A DNA stretch of 64,000 nucleotides from positions 20,858,418 through 20,922,417 of the forward strand of contig NC_069007.1 in NCBI RefSeq assembly GCF_001194135.2, read 5' to 3'. Every line of letters begins with the position of its first letter. Positions within the stretch are counted from its first letter, which is position 1. Positions 12,595-24,246 of the stretch are shown piece after piece. This DNA comes from Octopus bimaculoides. Lineage: Eukaryota. The notes beneath the pieces are model-generated. The model was given only the letters and a program-made list of their open reading frames with translations. It searched no databases and was not told where the DNA came from. Position numbers and translations under genes: made by a program.

Positions 12595-12812
12595 AGCTGG
12601 CAGAATCGTTAGCATGCCGGGTGAAATGTGGTATTTCGTCTGCTGCTATGTTCTGAGTTCAGATTCAGCCAAGGTCGACTTTGCCTTTCATCCTTTGGGG
12701 TCAATGAATTAAGTATCAATGAAATACTGAGGTCAATGTAATCGACTAGTCCCCTACCCACAAAAATTTCAAGGCCTTGTGCCTTCACTACAAAGGATTA
12801 TTATTATTATTA
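12595..12812 (+). mobile_element. tRNA-derived SINE family A; other copies at about 4847-4932, 11120-11262, 26287-26460 (-), 28525-28720, 40465-40570, 40628-40830 and 43940-44010
   Basis: Shared GCTGGCAGAATCGTTAGCA..GTTCTGAGTTCAAAT..GACTTTGCCTTTCATCCTTT..GGTCGATAAATTAAGTAC core. The central domain resembles the MetaSINE domain from memory (unverified). Confidence 0.8.
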
Positions 12813-13631
12813 TTCAAAGTAATATACATTCAATTCTTAACACACAAATCTAGAGATGGAGTGTATTTTATTTTTTTGTGTTGTGTGTCACATAAAGATA
12901 TTGAATAATATTTTGTGCCAGTGTTTTGGTAATGTGTCAATTTTGTAAAAAATAATTTAAACTATTCAGATAATATTTTAATTAAAAAATATATATTTTC
13001 TCAAAATTTTTTACATACATTTCATAATTTCTTTTCACTTATTGAAAATGTTTACAAAACAATCATCTCAATAATAGTTTCTTCCAATAAATATTAGTTC
13101 ATGTTTTAACAACATAGTTTTTGAATGAAAATAATTCCACACACATTTCCCACATCTATAAGCTTTTACCTCTGCATTTTTCAGCCGTTATTAAAGAGAA
13201 TATGTCTCTAAGAAACTTCAAAGACAAATGAGTGATTAGATCTTTCGCCAGGGTGAATTTCTGGATAAAATACCACGATTCAAAATATTATTTCCGAGAT
13301 ATTTCACAGCGAAAATTATTTCCCTCCGCATTCCACTTGCAGATTATAAGTGTTGTTGTGGTTTACAGTGAATGATTCCTAAATATTTCAGTGAGAATCC
13401 TTTTTTCTGTTTTTCTTCTTCTCTCTTTTTCAGTTCATTTGTATACTTCAAGTTAATGAGGACATCTTAAATATTTTATCGAAATGCTTTCTCTCAAGCA
13501 AGCACACATTTATAGACTACAAAGCGAGAATTGAAGGAGAATGAACTTTGACATATTATATCAAGATAAATATTCTTCTGTGTACTTCTTGGGAGATAGG
13601 GAGCTGTAAGTTTCGGTTGCAAGAGAATTTC

Positions 13632-14621
13632 TCACGTTTCACAATTGGAAGAATTTCTTTTGGTATGTATACGTTTGTGTCTGTTTAAATAATCCCCAGT
13701 GACGAACGATTTCTCACATATTTCACAGTGATAGGGTCGTTCGCCAGTGTGCCTCCGTATATGGATAACAAGACTAGAATTCTGAGTGAAAGATTTACCA
13801 CATATTTCACAATGAAACTGTTTTACTCCCGTGTGGATCAATTTGTGTCTACTTAAATCATCGTTTTTGACAAATGATTTTCCACATGTTTCGCAACGAT
13901 AGGGCTTTTCTCCTGTATGTATTCTATTATGTTTTGTTAAGACACTGTTAGAGACAAAAAATTTCCCACATGTTTTACATTGATAAGGCTTTTCTCCGGT
14001 GTGACTACGAATGTGGGCAATAAGATTCGAATTATTACTGAAAGATTTACCACACACTTGACAGTGATAAGGCTTTTCTCCGGTGTGACTACGAATGTGG
14101 GTAATAAGATTGGAATTATTACTGAAAGATTTACCACACACTTGACAGTGATAAGGCTTTTCTCCGGTGTGTATTAATCTGTGTGCTGTTAAGTTAGTAT
14201 TAGCCACAAACGACTTCCCGCAGATTTCACAGTGAAATGGTTTTTCTCCTGTATGGCTACGTACGTGGATAACAAGATTAGAATTCTGAAAGAAAGATTT
14301 CCCACAAATTTTACAATGAGACGATTTTTCTCCGGTGTGTCTACGTTTGTGTCTTGCTAAATTACTTTCAGAGACAAAAGGTTTCCCACACACATCACAG
14401 TGAAATGTATTCTCTGCTTTGTGTAAATCTGTGTGTTTGAACAATTCATCTTCGGATGAGAATGTTTTTCTACAAATATCGCAACGATATTCAGCAATAT
14501 TTCTTTGTTCGGTAAATGTCTCGCTATATAAAGGTTTCTCACCATTGTATGTTGGTGTAATTGGACTTCCATCGTTAATTACCGTGTTATTAGAAGAATC
14601 CAAGTGATTAACGTCTTCCAT
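13632..14621 (-). CDS. ZF4: C2H2 zinc-finger protein, 10 fingers (MEDV family)
   Basis: ORF MEDVNHLDSSN...; ends CET*. Confidence 0.93.
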   Translation of the reverse strand: MEDVNHLDSSNNTVINDGSPITPTYNGEKPLYSETFTEQRNIAEYRCDICRKTFSSEDELFKHTDLHKAENTFHCDVCGKPFVSESNLARHKRRHTGEKSSHCKICGKSFFQNSNLVIHVRSHTGEKPFHCEICGKSFVANTNLTAHRLIHTGEKPYHCQVCGKSFSNNSNLITHIRSHTGEKPYHCQVCGKSFSNNSNLIAHIRSHTGEKPYQCKTCGKFFVSNSVLTKHNRIHTGEKPYRCETCGKSFVKNDDLSRHKLIHTGVKQFHCEICGKSFTQNSSLVIHIRRHTGERPYHCEICEKSFVTGDYLNRHKRIHTKRNSSNCET

Positions 14622-14972
14622 ATTAATTAACCAGGAATTCTTAAAAGCTGTAGAAATGTCTGTTGCTATTTCGGACTTGTATCGAAAGATCGCCGGTTCA
14701 ATTTGTTATTAGATATCACGGGACTTTGTTTACATGCTGTAATTAATTTAGCTAAACCAATTATAATACAAGGTTGGCGGTGTTGTTTGTAATATTGTCC
14801 CTTCTTTAAATTTACGATGTAGCGTAGTTTGTGATGTAAGGAGATATAGAATTAAGCAGATATAGAACACCAACAATGTAACATATAAGTCACTCCTATG
14901 CTATCCACATTGTGACGTTTATCATACTACAATTCAGAATTAAATTAACCAAACTTAACACAATAAGGTAAT

Positions 14973-15050
14973 GTCGGTGAGAATTTCCCCCTCACCTTAT
15001 GTACAACGGTGATATAAATTAATAGTCCCTTACATAATTCAAGACATTCA
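14973..15050 (-). promoter_or_regulatory. MEDV upstream cassette (ZF4), displaced by extra sequence
   Basis: Matches consensus TTAAATTATGTTAGGG..TCACCG(G/T)T..AGGGAAA..CGACA; a second GGCGGTG box at 14776. Confidence 0.6.
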
Positions 15051-16684
15051 TAAAAAGCCTTCCGATGATAAGAATTTAGTCTTTCAAGTGTATCCCAATT
15101 CATGGTAAAGCAAAATGACAATAACGTATCAACGAAAGAGCCTCAGTTTGGTCACTCGACCAGCATGAAATAACAGTCAATTCCCCTCAAACCAGACCCT
15201 TTTGCCTTAGAAAAGAGACGTTCGGCAGTGTCGTCCTATGTATACAAAAATGAGATCGACACGGTTGAAAATGCTTTTCATTTTAGCTCTGAGCGATCAT
15301 GCTAATCTAATAGTAAACAACAACGTTTAACTTTTCCCTCCAACGGTTATAGAGTTGATTTTAGGCACCAATTCGCAGTGTTGTAGACGTCACGCCGTAA
15401 TGACTGTCTCCACCCCCGCCAAATCGTTTTAACAACTGCATGCTTAAACCGATATGCAAATATATATATATATATATATANNNNNNNNNNNNNNNNNNNN
15501 NNNNNNNNNNNNNNNNNNNNNNNNNNNNNNNNNNNNNNNNNNNNNNNNNNNNNNNNNNNNNNNNNNNNNNNNNNNNNNNNNNNNNNNNNNNNNNNNTATA
15601 TAGTGAAGGCAGGCATCAGCCAAATTAATTAAAAACAATGTGAATAAACAAGTATTACATTTAACAGAATATTCTGAATGCTAAAGGGATATTGAGAAAG
15701 AAAATAACATTAACAAATATAGCTTAAACATTTTAATTTAAAATGCATACAATTATTATAAAGAAATATTTCAATTTATATGTAAATTATTTGAACATTT
15801 TGTCGTAAATTTAAGAGGTAATATTTTACATAAATTTCTCATATTTCTGTTTATGAAGCATCTTTTTAAGAAGTCATTTCAGTAACGTTTTTCACCTGTG
15901 TATATTTTACTTAAATTCAAACATGGCTTTTCAACAGAATTAATTTCCCCCTCATTTCAAATTTATAAAGTCATTTTTTAACTTTGTGTCTTTCCAATGA
16001 TAATGAGACAAACAGTGAATGATCTTCCTCCAAGGTATATTCTTGGATTGTAATACTAGAATTTAGAGAATGATGATAGCATATTTCACAGTGAAAGGTT
16101 TCTTCTGTCTGTGATCAGCTATGAATCACATATGAAGATTTACTTAATCCAGTTATTTCCCTTTGATATAGATTTTATCTAATGTATATTCCAGTCGTGG
16201 GCAACCTGCAAAACTTTCTGAATGGCACCCCTAATGAAAACTGGTCTTGAATTTGTTTTAGTAGTGTGGCCCACCTTATGATGAGTTGCATTTCATGCAG
16301 TCTTGCTTCACAAGAACGATTTCCAATGTCTGGTGTGTTCACTTGTCAAAGTTCACAAATAATGATTTCCTAGTTAAAGATGTAAAAGACACCCAGTACA
16401 CTTTGTGGAATGGTTGGCGTCCAGCTGTTGAAACCAAGCCAAAACAGGCTGGAGCCTGGTGCAACTCTCTGCTGGCTTACCAGCTCCAGTTAAACTGTCT
16501 TACCCATGCTAGTGTGGAAAACAGACCCTAAATGAAGATGATTCTCTTTCAAAGAACATATTTGTGGGCCTACATGATACGAATTCAAAAAGAAAGTGAT
16601 TTCTGGTATTTTATGCCCACATATGTTCTCCAATGAATACTTGTTGACACATTATAGGTTTAGATTAAAAAAGAGACACATGTC

Positions 16685-18400
16685 TTATGTTTCACATTTG
16701 AGAGGCTTCCCTCTAGTGTGCAATCGTTCATGTCTTTTTAAAAGACTGCTAGAAATGAAAGATTTCCCACATATTTCACAACAATAGGGTTTTTCTCCCG
16801 TGTGTTTCCGTTTGTGTATGTTTAAATCACTGTTATTAACAAAGGATTTCCCACACACTTCACAGGCACAAGGTTTTTCTCCAGTGTGTCTACGCTTGTG
16901 ACTCATAAGATCAAAATTTCGAGAGAAAGATTTCCCACACATATCACAAAGATATGACTTTTCTCCCGTGTGTATTTGCTTGTGCACAACAAGGGAAGAA
17001 TTTTTACCGAACGACTTGTCACATATATTACAATGGTAAGGTTTCTCTCCTGTATGACTACGTACGTGGATAACAAGTTTCGAATTGTGAGTGAAAGCTT
17101 TTCNNNNNNNNNNNNNNNNNNNNNNNNNNNNNNNNNNNNNNNNNNNNNNNNNNNNNNNNNNNNNNNNNNNNNNNNNNNNNNNNNNNNNNNNNNNNNNNNN
17201 NNNNNNNNNNNNNNNNNNNNNNNNNNNNNNNNNNNNNNNNNNNNNNNNNNNNNNNNNNNNNNNNNNNNNNNNNNNNNNNNNNNNNNNNNNNNNNNNNNNN
17301 NNNNNNNNNNNNNNNNNNNNNNNNNNNNNNNNNNNNNNNNNNNNNNNNNNNNNNNNNNNNNNNNNNNNNNNNNNNNNNNNNNNNNNNNNNNNNNNNNNNN
17401 NNNNNNNNNNNNNNNNNNNNNNNNNNNNNNNNNNNNNNNNNNNNNNNNNNNNNNNNNNNNNNNNNNNNNNNNNNNNNNNNNNNNNNNNNNNNNNNNNNNN
17501 NNNNNNNNNNNNNNNNNNNNNNNNNNNNNNNNNNNNNNNNNNNNNNNNNNNNNNNNNNNNNNNNNNNNNNNNNNNNNNNNNNNNNNNNNNNNNNNNNNNN
17601 NNNNNNNNNNNNNNNNNNNNNNNNNNNNNNNNNNNNNNNNNNNNNNNNNNNNNNNNNNNNNNNNNNNNNNNNNNNNNNNNNNNNNNNNNNNNNNNNNNNN
17701 NNNNNNNNNNNNNNNNNNNNNNNNNNNNNNNNNNNNNNNNNNNNNNNNNNNNNNNNNNNNNNNNNNNNNNNNNNNNNNNNNNNNNNNNNNNNNNNNNNNN
17801 NNNNNNNNNNNNNNNNNNNNNNNNNNNNNNNNNNNNNNNNNNNNNNNNNNNNNNNNNNNNNNNNNNNNNNNNNNNNNNNNNNNNNNNNNNNNNNNNNNNN
17901 NNNNNNNNNNNNNNNNNNNNNNNNNNNNNNNNNNNNNNNNNNNNNNNNNNNNNNNNNNNNNNNNNNNNNNNNNNNNNNNNNNNNNNNNNNNNNNNNNNNN
18001 NNNNNTTTTCACACTGAAACCGCCTCTCGCCAGTATGTATCGTTTTATGTCTTGACAAAATAATATTAGAAACAAAATATTTCCCGCATATATTACAATG
18101 GAAAGGTTTCTCTCCTGTATGACTACGTACGTGGATAACAAGTTTCGAATTGTGAGTGAAAGCTTTTCCACATATTTCACACTGATATGGTTTCTCCTTC
18201 TTATGTATGTCTTTGTGTGTGATTAATTCATGCTCTGAAAAATATGTTTCCTTGCAAATCTCACAGCTATATTCAGTAATATTTCTCTGTCTTGATCTCT
18301 GTTCAGTGAATTTTTCATTGCGTGCAAGTTTCTCACAGTTGTATGTTTGTGAAGCTGAATCTACATCGTTAGAAGATCCCAAGTGATTAACATCCTCCAT
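16685..18400 (-). CDS. ZF5: C2H2 zinc-finger protein interrupted by a 903-N gap; 7 complete fingers visible (MEDV family)
   Basis: MEDV ATG at 18400 (another in-frame ATG at 18472). Fingers on both sides of gap 17104-18006; continuity across the gap is assumed, not seen. Confidence 0.8.
   Translation of the reverse strand: MEDVNHLGSSNDVDSASQTYNCEKLARNEKFTEQRSRQRNITEYSCEICKETYFSEHELITHKDIHKKEKPYQCEICGKAFTHNSKLVIHVRSHTGEKPFHCNICGKYFVSNIILSRHKTIHTGERRFQCEXXXXXXXXXXXXXXXXXXXXXXXXXXXXXXXXXXXXXXXXXXXXXXXXXXXXXXXXXXXXXXXXXXXXXXXXXXXXXXXXXXXXXXXXXXXXXXXXXXXXXXXXXXXXXXXXXXXXXXXXXXXXXXXXXXXXXXXXXXXXXXXXXXXXXXXXXXXXXXXXXXXXXXXXXXXXXXXXXXXXXXXXXXXXXXXXXXXXXXXXXXXXXXXXXXXXXXXXXXXXXXXXXXXXXXXXXXXXXXXXXXXXXXXXXXXXXXXXXXXXXXXXXXXXXXXXXXXXXXXXXXXXXXXXXXXXXXXXXXXXXXKAFTHNSKLVIHVRSHTGEKPYHCNICDKSFGKNSSLVVHKQIHTGEKSYLCDMCGKSFSRNFDLMSHKRRHTGEKPCACEVCGKSFVNNSDLNIHKRKHTGEKPYCCEICGKSFISSSLLKRHERLHTRGKPLKCET
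17104..18006. other. Assembly gap (903 N); other gaps at 3122-3224, 15481-15596, 50069-50141 and 51792-51801
   Basis: Runs of N. Confidence 1.
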
Positions 18401-18519
18401 AATTAATGACCAGGAATTCTTAAAAGCTGCAGAGGTGTATGTTAATATTAATCTAAAATAATTCAGTTTCATTTAACTGTTTACATCATTTTATGGAATT
18501 TGCTGAACTAATTACAATA

Positions 18520-18610
18520 GCAAGTTGGCGGTGTCGCTAATAGTTTCCCCTTGCTATAATTATTCCGGTGTTTTAAGTTAAAAGTTCCTAATATAGTTTA
18601 ATCGATTCAT
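18520..18610 (-). promoter_or_regulatory. MEDV upstream cassette (ZF5)
   Basis: Sense strand: TTAAACTATATTAGGAAC..ACACCGGA..AGGGGAAAC..CGACACCGCC. Confidence 0.65.
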
Positions 18611-19017
18611 ATACAGTTCCAATTCGATCTGTTTGATTCTTCAGTTTCATCCAGTCTGCTATTAGTTCTGATGAGAAGAACTCTGATTGAAGAAGAAAAA
18701 ACAAAACAAACTTGATGAATATCGTTGTTACATTTTGAAAGCAACGAGAAAGATATTCGGAAAAAAATTCGCCTGGCAGATGCCAGCAGCGGAATTCTGT
18801 TTTAAGCATCGCATATAACCCAGAAAAAGACCCTTAAATGTGTTTACGGGGAGAACGATATTGAAAAACATAATAACGTCAGAACCACACCTGGAAATGG
18901 CACCATCTTTTGGCTTACCAACCTCTTGTCAAACCATCCAACCCATGTCATCTTGGAAAACAGACGTTAAATGATGATGTTTTGCCAGTCATAATTAATG
19001 AGATTGTCTTATAAACT

Positions 19018-19237
19018 TTAAACCTTTCATTACTGTATTTATTTTGAGATGCTCTGTGTTTCTTTCAATTAATTTTAAATATAACAAAGAATTTAGTAAA
19101 ATAACTTAGCTATCATTCAGCTAGTGTTAAGAACATAAATTGTGACTAAGGTTTGGTGGAAGATTTTAATTCAAAACTTATGAAAACAAGACATTTGTAC
19201 TACAGAGCCAGAGGTGGGTTGGTAACAAAAGGGTTAA
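19018..19237. mobile_element. Second TTAA MITE family (fragment also at about 35703-35765)
   Basis: TTAAACCTTTC ... AAAAGGGTTAA. Confidence 0.65.
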
Positions 19238-19574
19238 AGACAAATAAAATCAAAGAGATCTTTCTGCAGGGTGTATCTGTTAATTACAAGATAACAAACA
19301 AGAGGGAATGAGTTCAAACATATTTTGATAATTTTCATGTAATTCACACGTTTTACAATGCTAACTTTAGTCGGATACATCAAGGAGCTGTCATGTTTTC
19401 AGTGAGCATAAAGACTTCTCCTCTCTGCCTTATCTTATCTCTGTTCAGTTGTTCCCCAGCACCAGAGGGTTGTCTCCTCCCCCCCTCCTGCCACAAAAGG
19501 AAATTAACGAAAGAGAGGATACTAGAACAAGAACCTGAGAGCTGGTAGAAAACAGTTATACAGGGGAGAAACAA

Positions 19575-19790
19575 GCAGCACCTTGGGCAAGTGTCTCCTA
19601 CCATAGCCTTGTGAGAGGATTTGATAGACGATGCTGGTGTGTTTATGTCCCCGTAACTTAGCAGTTCGGCAAAAGAATCCGATAGAATAAGTACTAGGCT
19701 TACAAAAAATAAGTCCTGGGGTTGATTTACTCGACTAAAGGTGGTGTTCCAGTATGGCCACAGTCAAATGACTGAAACGAGTAAAAGAGT
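19575..19790 (+). mobile_element. SINE family D; other fragments at about 60-285 (-), 8620-8790, 8983-9046, 42840-42990, 46580-46700 (-) and 49270-49490
   Basis: CACCTTGGGCAAGTGTC..CCGTAACTTAGCAGTTCGGCAAAAG..AATAAGTCCTGGGG..CAAATGACTGAAAC tail shared among the copies. Confidence 0.75.
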
Positions 19791-19875
19791 TAAGATTTCT
19801 CTGAAATGAGATTCCATTTCTATATTAAAAGATGAGAATACAATGAGATTGAGTTCCAATATAATTACACTAAGA

Positions 19876-20094
19876 TTAACCCTTTAAAATTCAGATTACC
19901 CTGTCAAAATGTAAAGCTTATTTATTCACATTGCTTTGAATTAATGATGCATTATCTCATAACTTTCAGATTTTGATGATGGAATTATTCATTTTTAGAA
20001 TGACACTGTAGGGTAGGTGTGAAAGGCTAAATCTAGCCAGTTTGTACACAAAACAGAAATATTATTTTTGCTGGTTCAAATGCTAAAGGAATAA
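19876..20094. mobile_element. TTAA MITE, about 220 bp; also at 25104-25330 and 35234-35450
   Basis: TTAACCCTTTA..CTAAAGG(GTTAA) inverted ends and a shared internal sequence (GTAGGGTAGGTGTG). Confidence 0.75.
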
Positions 20095-20154
20095 ATGGTC
20101 TCCAGTGTTTACTTGTTACTGGTCTATAAATTTAGACTTACAAGCAAAAACCTC

Positions 20155-21930
20155 TCATGTCTCACATTTTAAAGACTTCCCTCCAGTGTGTATGCGTACA
20201 TGTCTCTTTAAAAGACTGCTTGTAATAAACGATTTCCCACATATTTCACAGTGAAACAGCTTTTCTCCCGTGTGTTTCCGTTTGTGTATGTTTAAATCAC
20301 TGTTATTAACAAAAGATTTCCCACACACTTCACAGGCACAAGGTTTTTCTCCAGTGTGTCTACGCTTGTGACTCATAAGATCAAAATTTCGAGAGAAAGA
20401 TTTCCCACACATATCACAAAGATATGACTTTTCTCCCGTGTGTATTTGCTTGTGCACAACAAGGGAAGAATTTTTACAGAACGACTTGTCACATATATCA
20501 CAATGGTAAGGTTTCTCTCCTGTATGTATTTGATTGTGACGTTTTAAATCGTGGTTTTTAAGAAAAGCTTTCCCGCAGATTTCACAGTGATAAGGTTTCT
20601 CTCCAGTGTGTATTTTTTTGTGTGCTTTTAATAAGCTATTAGTCAGAAAAGATTTCCCACAAATATCACAAGAATAAGGATTTTCACCAGCATGCATCAT
20701 TTTATGAACTACAAGTTGTGAATTCACATAGAACGATTTCCCACATATATCACAGTGGAAAGGTTTCTCTCCAGTGTGGATTCGTTCATGTGTTTTTAAA
20801 TCACTGTTATTTACAAACGATTTGCCACAAATTTCACAATGATGTGGTAATTCTCCAGTGTGTCTACGTTTGTGAACTACGAGATTAGAATTATCAGAGA
20901 AAGATTTGCCACATATGTCACAGTGAAACGGGTTTTCTCCAGTGTGTATCCTACTATGTCTTTTCAAATTACTGCTATAGAGAAAAGACTTGCCACAAAT
21001 TTCACAACTGAAGGGTTTTTCACCACTATGTATTCGTTCATGAGTTTTTAAATCACTGTTATTTACATAAGATTTGCCACATACTTCGCACACATACGGT
21101 TTTTCTCCTGAGTGCCGACGTTGGTGGATTGTAAGCTTAGCATTTTCAATAAAAGACTTCCCGCATATTTCACAATGAAACGGTTTTTCTCCAGTGTGTC
21201 TACGTTCATGGATGACAAGTTTCAAATTATTTATAAAACTTTTTCCACATATTTCACAGTGTAACAATTTCTCTCCAGTGTGCAGCCTTTTGTGAATTGC
21301 CAAACTACTATTGGAGACAAAACACTTCCCACAAACATTACAATTGCATGGTTTCTCTCCAGTATGACTACGTATATGAATGACAAGTTTCGAATTATTA
21401 ATAAATGATTTTCCACATATTTCACATTGAAATGGTCTCTCACCAGTATGTATCGTCTTATGACGTGACAAAATAATATTAGAAACAAAATATTTCCCGC
21501 ATATATTACAATGGAAAGGTTTCTCTCCGGTGTGACTGCGTACGTGGATAACAAGACTGGCATTCTGAGTGAAAGATTTTCCGCATATTTCACACTGATA
21601 TGGTTTTTCTCCAGTGTGTATCCTTTTGTGAATTGCAAGATGAGAATTATTTACAAACGATTTCCCACATATCTCACAGTGAAATGGTTTCTCTCCTGTA
21701 TGTGTTCTTGTGTGTGTTGTTAGAAAAACGTTCGATGGGAAAGATTTCCCGCATATTTCACAGTGGTAGGGTTTTTCTGTCTTGTGTATTTCTTTGTGTG
21801 ATAATAATTCCTCTTCCGACGAGAATATTTTACTACAAATCTCACAGTTTTTTTCAGTAATATTGCTATGAAATGATTTTCCTTCAGCAAATGTTACGTT
21901 GGAAGTGTCCAAGTCCTTAACGTCTTCCAT
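20155..21930 (-). CDS. ZF6: C2H2 zinc-finger protein, 20 fingers (MEDV family)
   Basis: ORF MEDVKDLDTSN...; ends CET*. Confidence 0.93.
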   Translation of the reverse strand: MEDVKDLDTSNVTFAEGKSFHSNITEKNCEICSKIFSSEEELLSHKEIHKTEKPYHCEICGKSFPSNVFLTTHTRTHTGEKPFHCEICGKSFVNNSHLAIHKRIHTGEKPYQCEICGKSFTQNASLVIHVRSHTGEKPFHCNICGKYFVSNIILSRHKTIHTGERPFQCEICGKSFINNSKLVIHIRSHTGEKPCNCNVCGKCFVSNSSLAIHKRLHTGEKLLHCEICGKSFINNLKLVIHERRHTGEKPFHCEICGKSFIENAKLTIHQRRHSGEKPYVCEVCGKSYVNNSDLKTHERIHSGEKPFSCEICGKSFLYSSNLKRHSRIHTGENPFHCDICGKSFSDNSNLVVHKRRHTGELPHHCEICGKSFVNNSDLKTHERIHTGEKPFHCDICGKSFYVNSQLVVHKMMHAGENPYSCDICGKSFLTNSLLKAHKKIHTGEKPYHCEICGKAFLKNHDLKRHNQIHTGEKPYHCDICDKSFCKNSSLVVHKQIHTGEKSYLCDMCGKSFSRNFDLMSHKRRHTGEKPCACEVCGKSFVNNSDLNIHKRKHTGEKLFHCEICGKSFITSSLLKRHVRIHTGGKSLKCET

Positions 21931-22065
21931 ATTAATTAACCAGGAATTCTTAAAAGCTCTAGAAATATCTGTGATTATAATCTATAACGGTCCAGTTTCT
22001 TGTCTTAGATGTAATGAGACAATGTTTACATGATCTAATTAACTCACCTGAAGTAATTACAAAGA

Positions 22066-22155
22066 TACGGCGGTGTCGTTCATATATTTTCCCCTCACCT
22101 CAATGATACCGGCGACAAAATTGAAAGATGCCTAACATAATTTAAAACATTCTGA
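22066..22155 (-). promoter_or_regulatory. MEDV upstream cassette (ZF6)
   Basis: Sense strand: TTAAATTATGTTAGGC..TCGCCGGT..AGGGGAAAAA..CGACACCGCC. Confidence 0.65.
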
Positions 22156-22629
22156 AATGCTAGAAAATTTCTTCGCATTGTTCTGTATATTTGTGTTGTT
22201 GTTGATGCCCGATCAATAATGTATATATGTATAATACATTTCAATTGTTTCATTTATTTTAAATAGTTTATTTCCTCACTTCAAATAGCGAAGAAGTGCC
22301 CTAATTTTTAGACAGCAAATAAGTCAAAATCTTCCTTTTATTGTACTACAGAAACAAAATCTTTCCCATGTCGCTTTGTTTGACAAAGTGAAATACAGTT
22401 GGCGTCTTAAAAAAGCTAATACAGCAAGCCCTGCTAACTGAACAGTAACCTTTTATTTTTTTTTCATTACATACAAACATTTGACTGCTATTTCTAGCAA
22501 GTCAAATGATAACTTAAGAGGTCCTTCGTTGATACGTATAAGATATTTATGTGGATGTTGTATTTTAGATTCACAATGGATTAGACACAATGCAAAGAAC
22601 AAACTGATATAACTGAATGTGATGCTGGA

Positions 22630-22710
22630 TGTAATAAATTGTATTAAGGACAGTTTAATTACGTCACCGGTATAATTGCGGTTTGGGAAAGTTTCTCAAC
22701 GTCGCGAACT
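22630..22710 (+). promoter_or_regulatory. MEDV upstream cassette (ZF7)
   Basis: TAAATTGTATTAAGGAC..TCACCGGT..GGGAAAG..CAACGTCGCG; more diverged than the others. Confidence 0.55.
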
Positions 22711-22836
22711 TGTCATCTTCATAATTAATTTAATTTATATCATGTTAGCGAAATCTCATTACTCAGAAACACTGAACCATAATGGATTATAGATACTGAC
22801 ATTTCTTAGCTGTTTACGAATTCCCTATCGGTTAAA

Positions 22837-24246
22837 ATGGAAGACGTTAATCAGTTGGACACTTCTGGTAAGACAATTCTTAACGATGTAGATTCGGTTG
22901 TGCAAACATACGATGACGAGAAACCTTTATATGGTGAAACAGTTATTGAACAGAAATCAATACAGAGAAATATTGGTGAATATAGTTGTGAGGTTTGTAA
23001 GAAAACATTTCCTTCACAACACGAAGTCTTCACACACAAGGAAACACACAAGAAGAAGTTAAAACCATATCGGTGTGAAATTTGCGGCAGATCATTCAAG
23101 CAGAATTCTCATCTTGTAGTTCACAAAAGAATTCATACTGGGGAAAAGCCTTTTGGCTGTGAAATATGCGGGAAATCATTCATTAAGAAACTGAATCTTG
23201 TCATTCACCTCCGTAGCCATACAGGCGAAAAACCCTTCCACTGTAAAATATGTGGCAAATCTTTCGTCTCCAAGAGTAATTTAGCAAGGCATGAAAGAAT
23301 ACACACTGGAGAAAATCCGTTAAACTGTGAAATATGTGGGATATCTTTTCATCATATTAATGATTTAACTACGCACAAAGGAAAGCACAATGGAAAAGAA
23401 CCATTTCACTGTGAAATATGTGAGAAATCTTTCGTCTCTAATAATCATTTAATAAGGCACCGAAGGATACACACTGGAGAAAAACCTTCTTCTTGTGATA
23501 TTTGTGGGAAATCTTTTCTTGATAGAAGTAATTTAACAACTCACAAATTAATACACAGTGGAGAGAAACGGTTTCAGTGCAAAATGTGTGGAAAATCTTT
23601 TACCCAAAATAATCATCTTGTAGTTCATAAAAGAAGACATACAGGAGAAAAGCCTTATCACTGTGAAATCTGTGGGAAGGCCTTTGTATCTAACAGTGAT
23701 TTAAAAACACATAAAATAACGCATACTGGAGAAAAACCTTTTCATTGCGAAACGTGTGGAAAATGCTTTACTCAGAAGTCCAGCCTTGTTGTTCACAGAA
23801 AAATACACACTGGAGAAAAGCTGTTTCATTGTGAAGTGTGTGGAAAGTCTTTCATTAATAATTTTAATTTTGTTATCCACGTCCGTAGTCACACCGGAGA
23901 AAAACCTTTCCATTGTGAAATTTGTGGAAAGTCGTTTGTCTGTAAAAGTAAGTTAGTGACACACATAAGAACACACACTGGAGAAAAACCGTTTCACTGT
24001 GAAATCTGTGGGAAATTTTTTCTTGATAGTAGTAATCTAACAATACACATAAGAATACATACTGGAGAAAAGCCTTATCGTTGTAAAACTTGTGGGAAAT
24101 CGTTTCTTAATAGTAGTAATCTAACGACTCACAAAAGAATACACACTGGAGAGAAACCTTTTCAGTGCGAAATTTGTGGAAGATCTTTCCGTGACAGCCG
24201 TAATTTAACACCTCACAAAAGAACACATTTGAGAAAAAAAGTTTAA
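22837..24246 (+). CDS. ZF7: C2H2 zinc-finger protein, 15 fingers (MEDV family)
   Basis: ORF MEDVNQLDTSG...; the last finger is unit 1 of the downstream 80-bp tandem repeat. Confidence 0.93.
   Translation: MEDVNQLDTSGKTILNDVDSVVQTYDDEKPLYGETVIEQKSIQRNIGEYSCEVCKKTFPSQHEVFTHKETHKKKLKPYRCEICGRSFKQNSHLVVHKRIHTGEKPFGCEICGKSFIKKLNLVIHLRSHTGEKPFHCKICGKSFVSKSNLARHERIHTGENPLNCEICGISFHHINDLTTHKGKHNGKEPFHCEICEKSFVSNNHLIRHRRIHTGEKPSSCDICGKSFLDRSNLTTHKLIHSGEKRFQCKMCGKSFTQNNHLVVHKRRHTGEKPYHCEICGKAFVSNSDLKTHKITHTGEKPFHCETCGKCFTQKSSLVVHRKIHTGEKLFHCEVCGKSFINNFNFVIHVRSHTGEKPFHCEICGKSFVCKSKLVTHIRTHTGEKPFHCEICGKFFLDSSNLTIHIRIHTGEKPYRCKTCGKSFLNSSNLTTHKRIHTGEKPFQCEICGRSFRDSRNLTPHKRTHLRKKV

Noticed and set aside
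12122-12612. Thr/His/Gly/Val-rich ORFs
   Set aside because: Products of the (GGT)n tract and SINE sequence.
15347-18180. Long X-containing ORFs
   Set aside because: Artefacts of N gaps.
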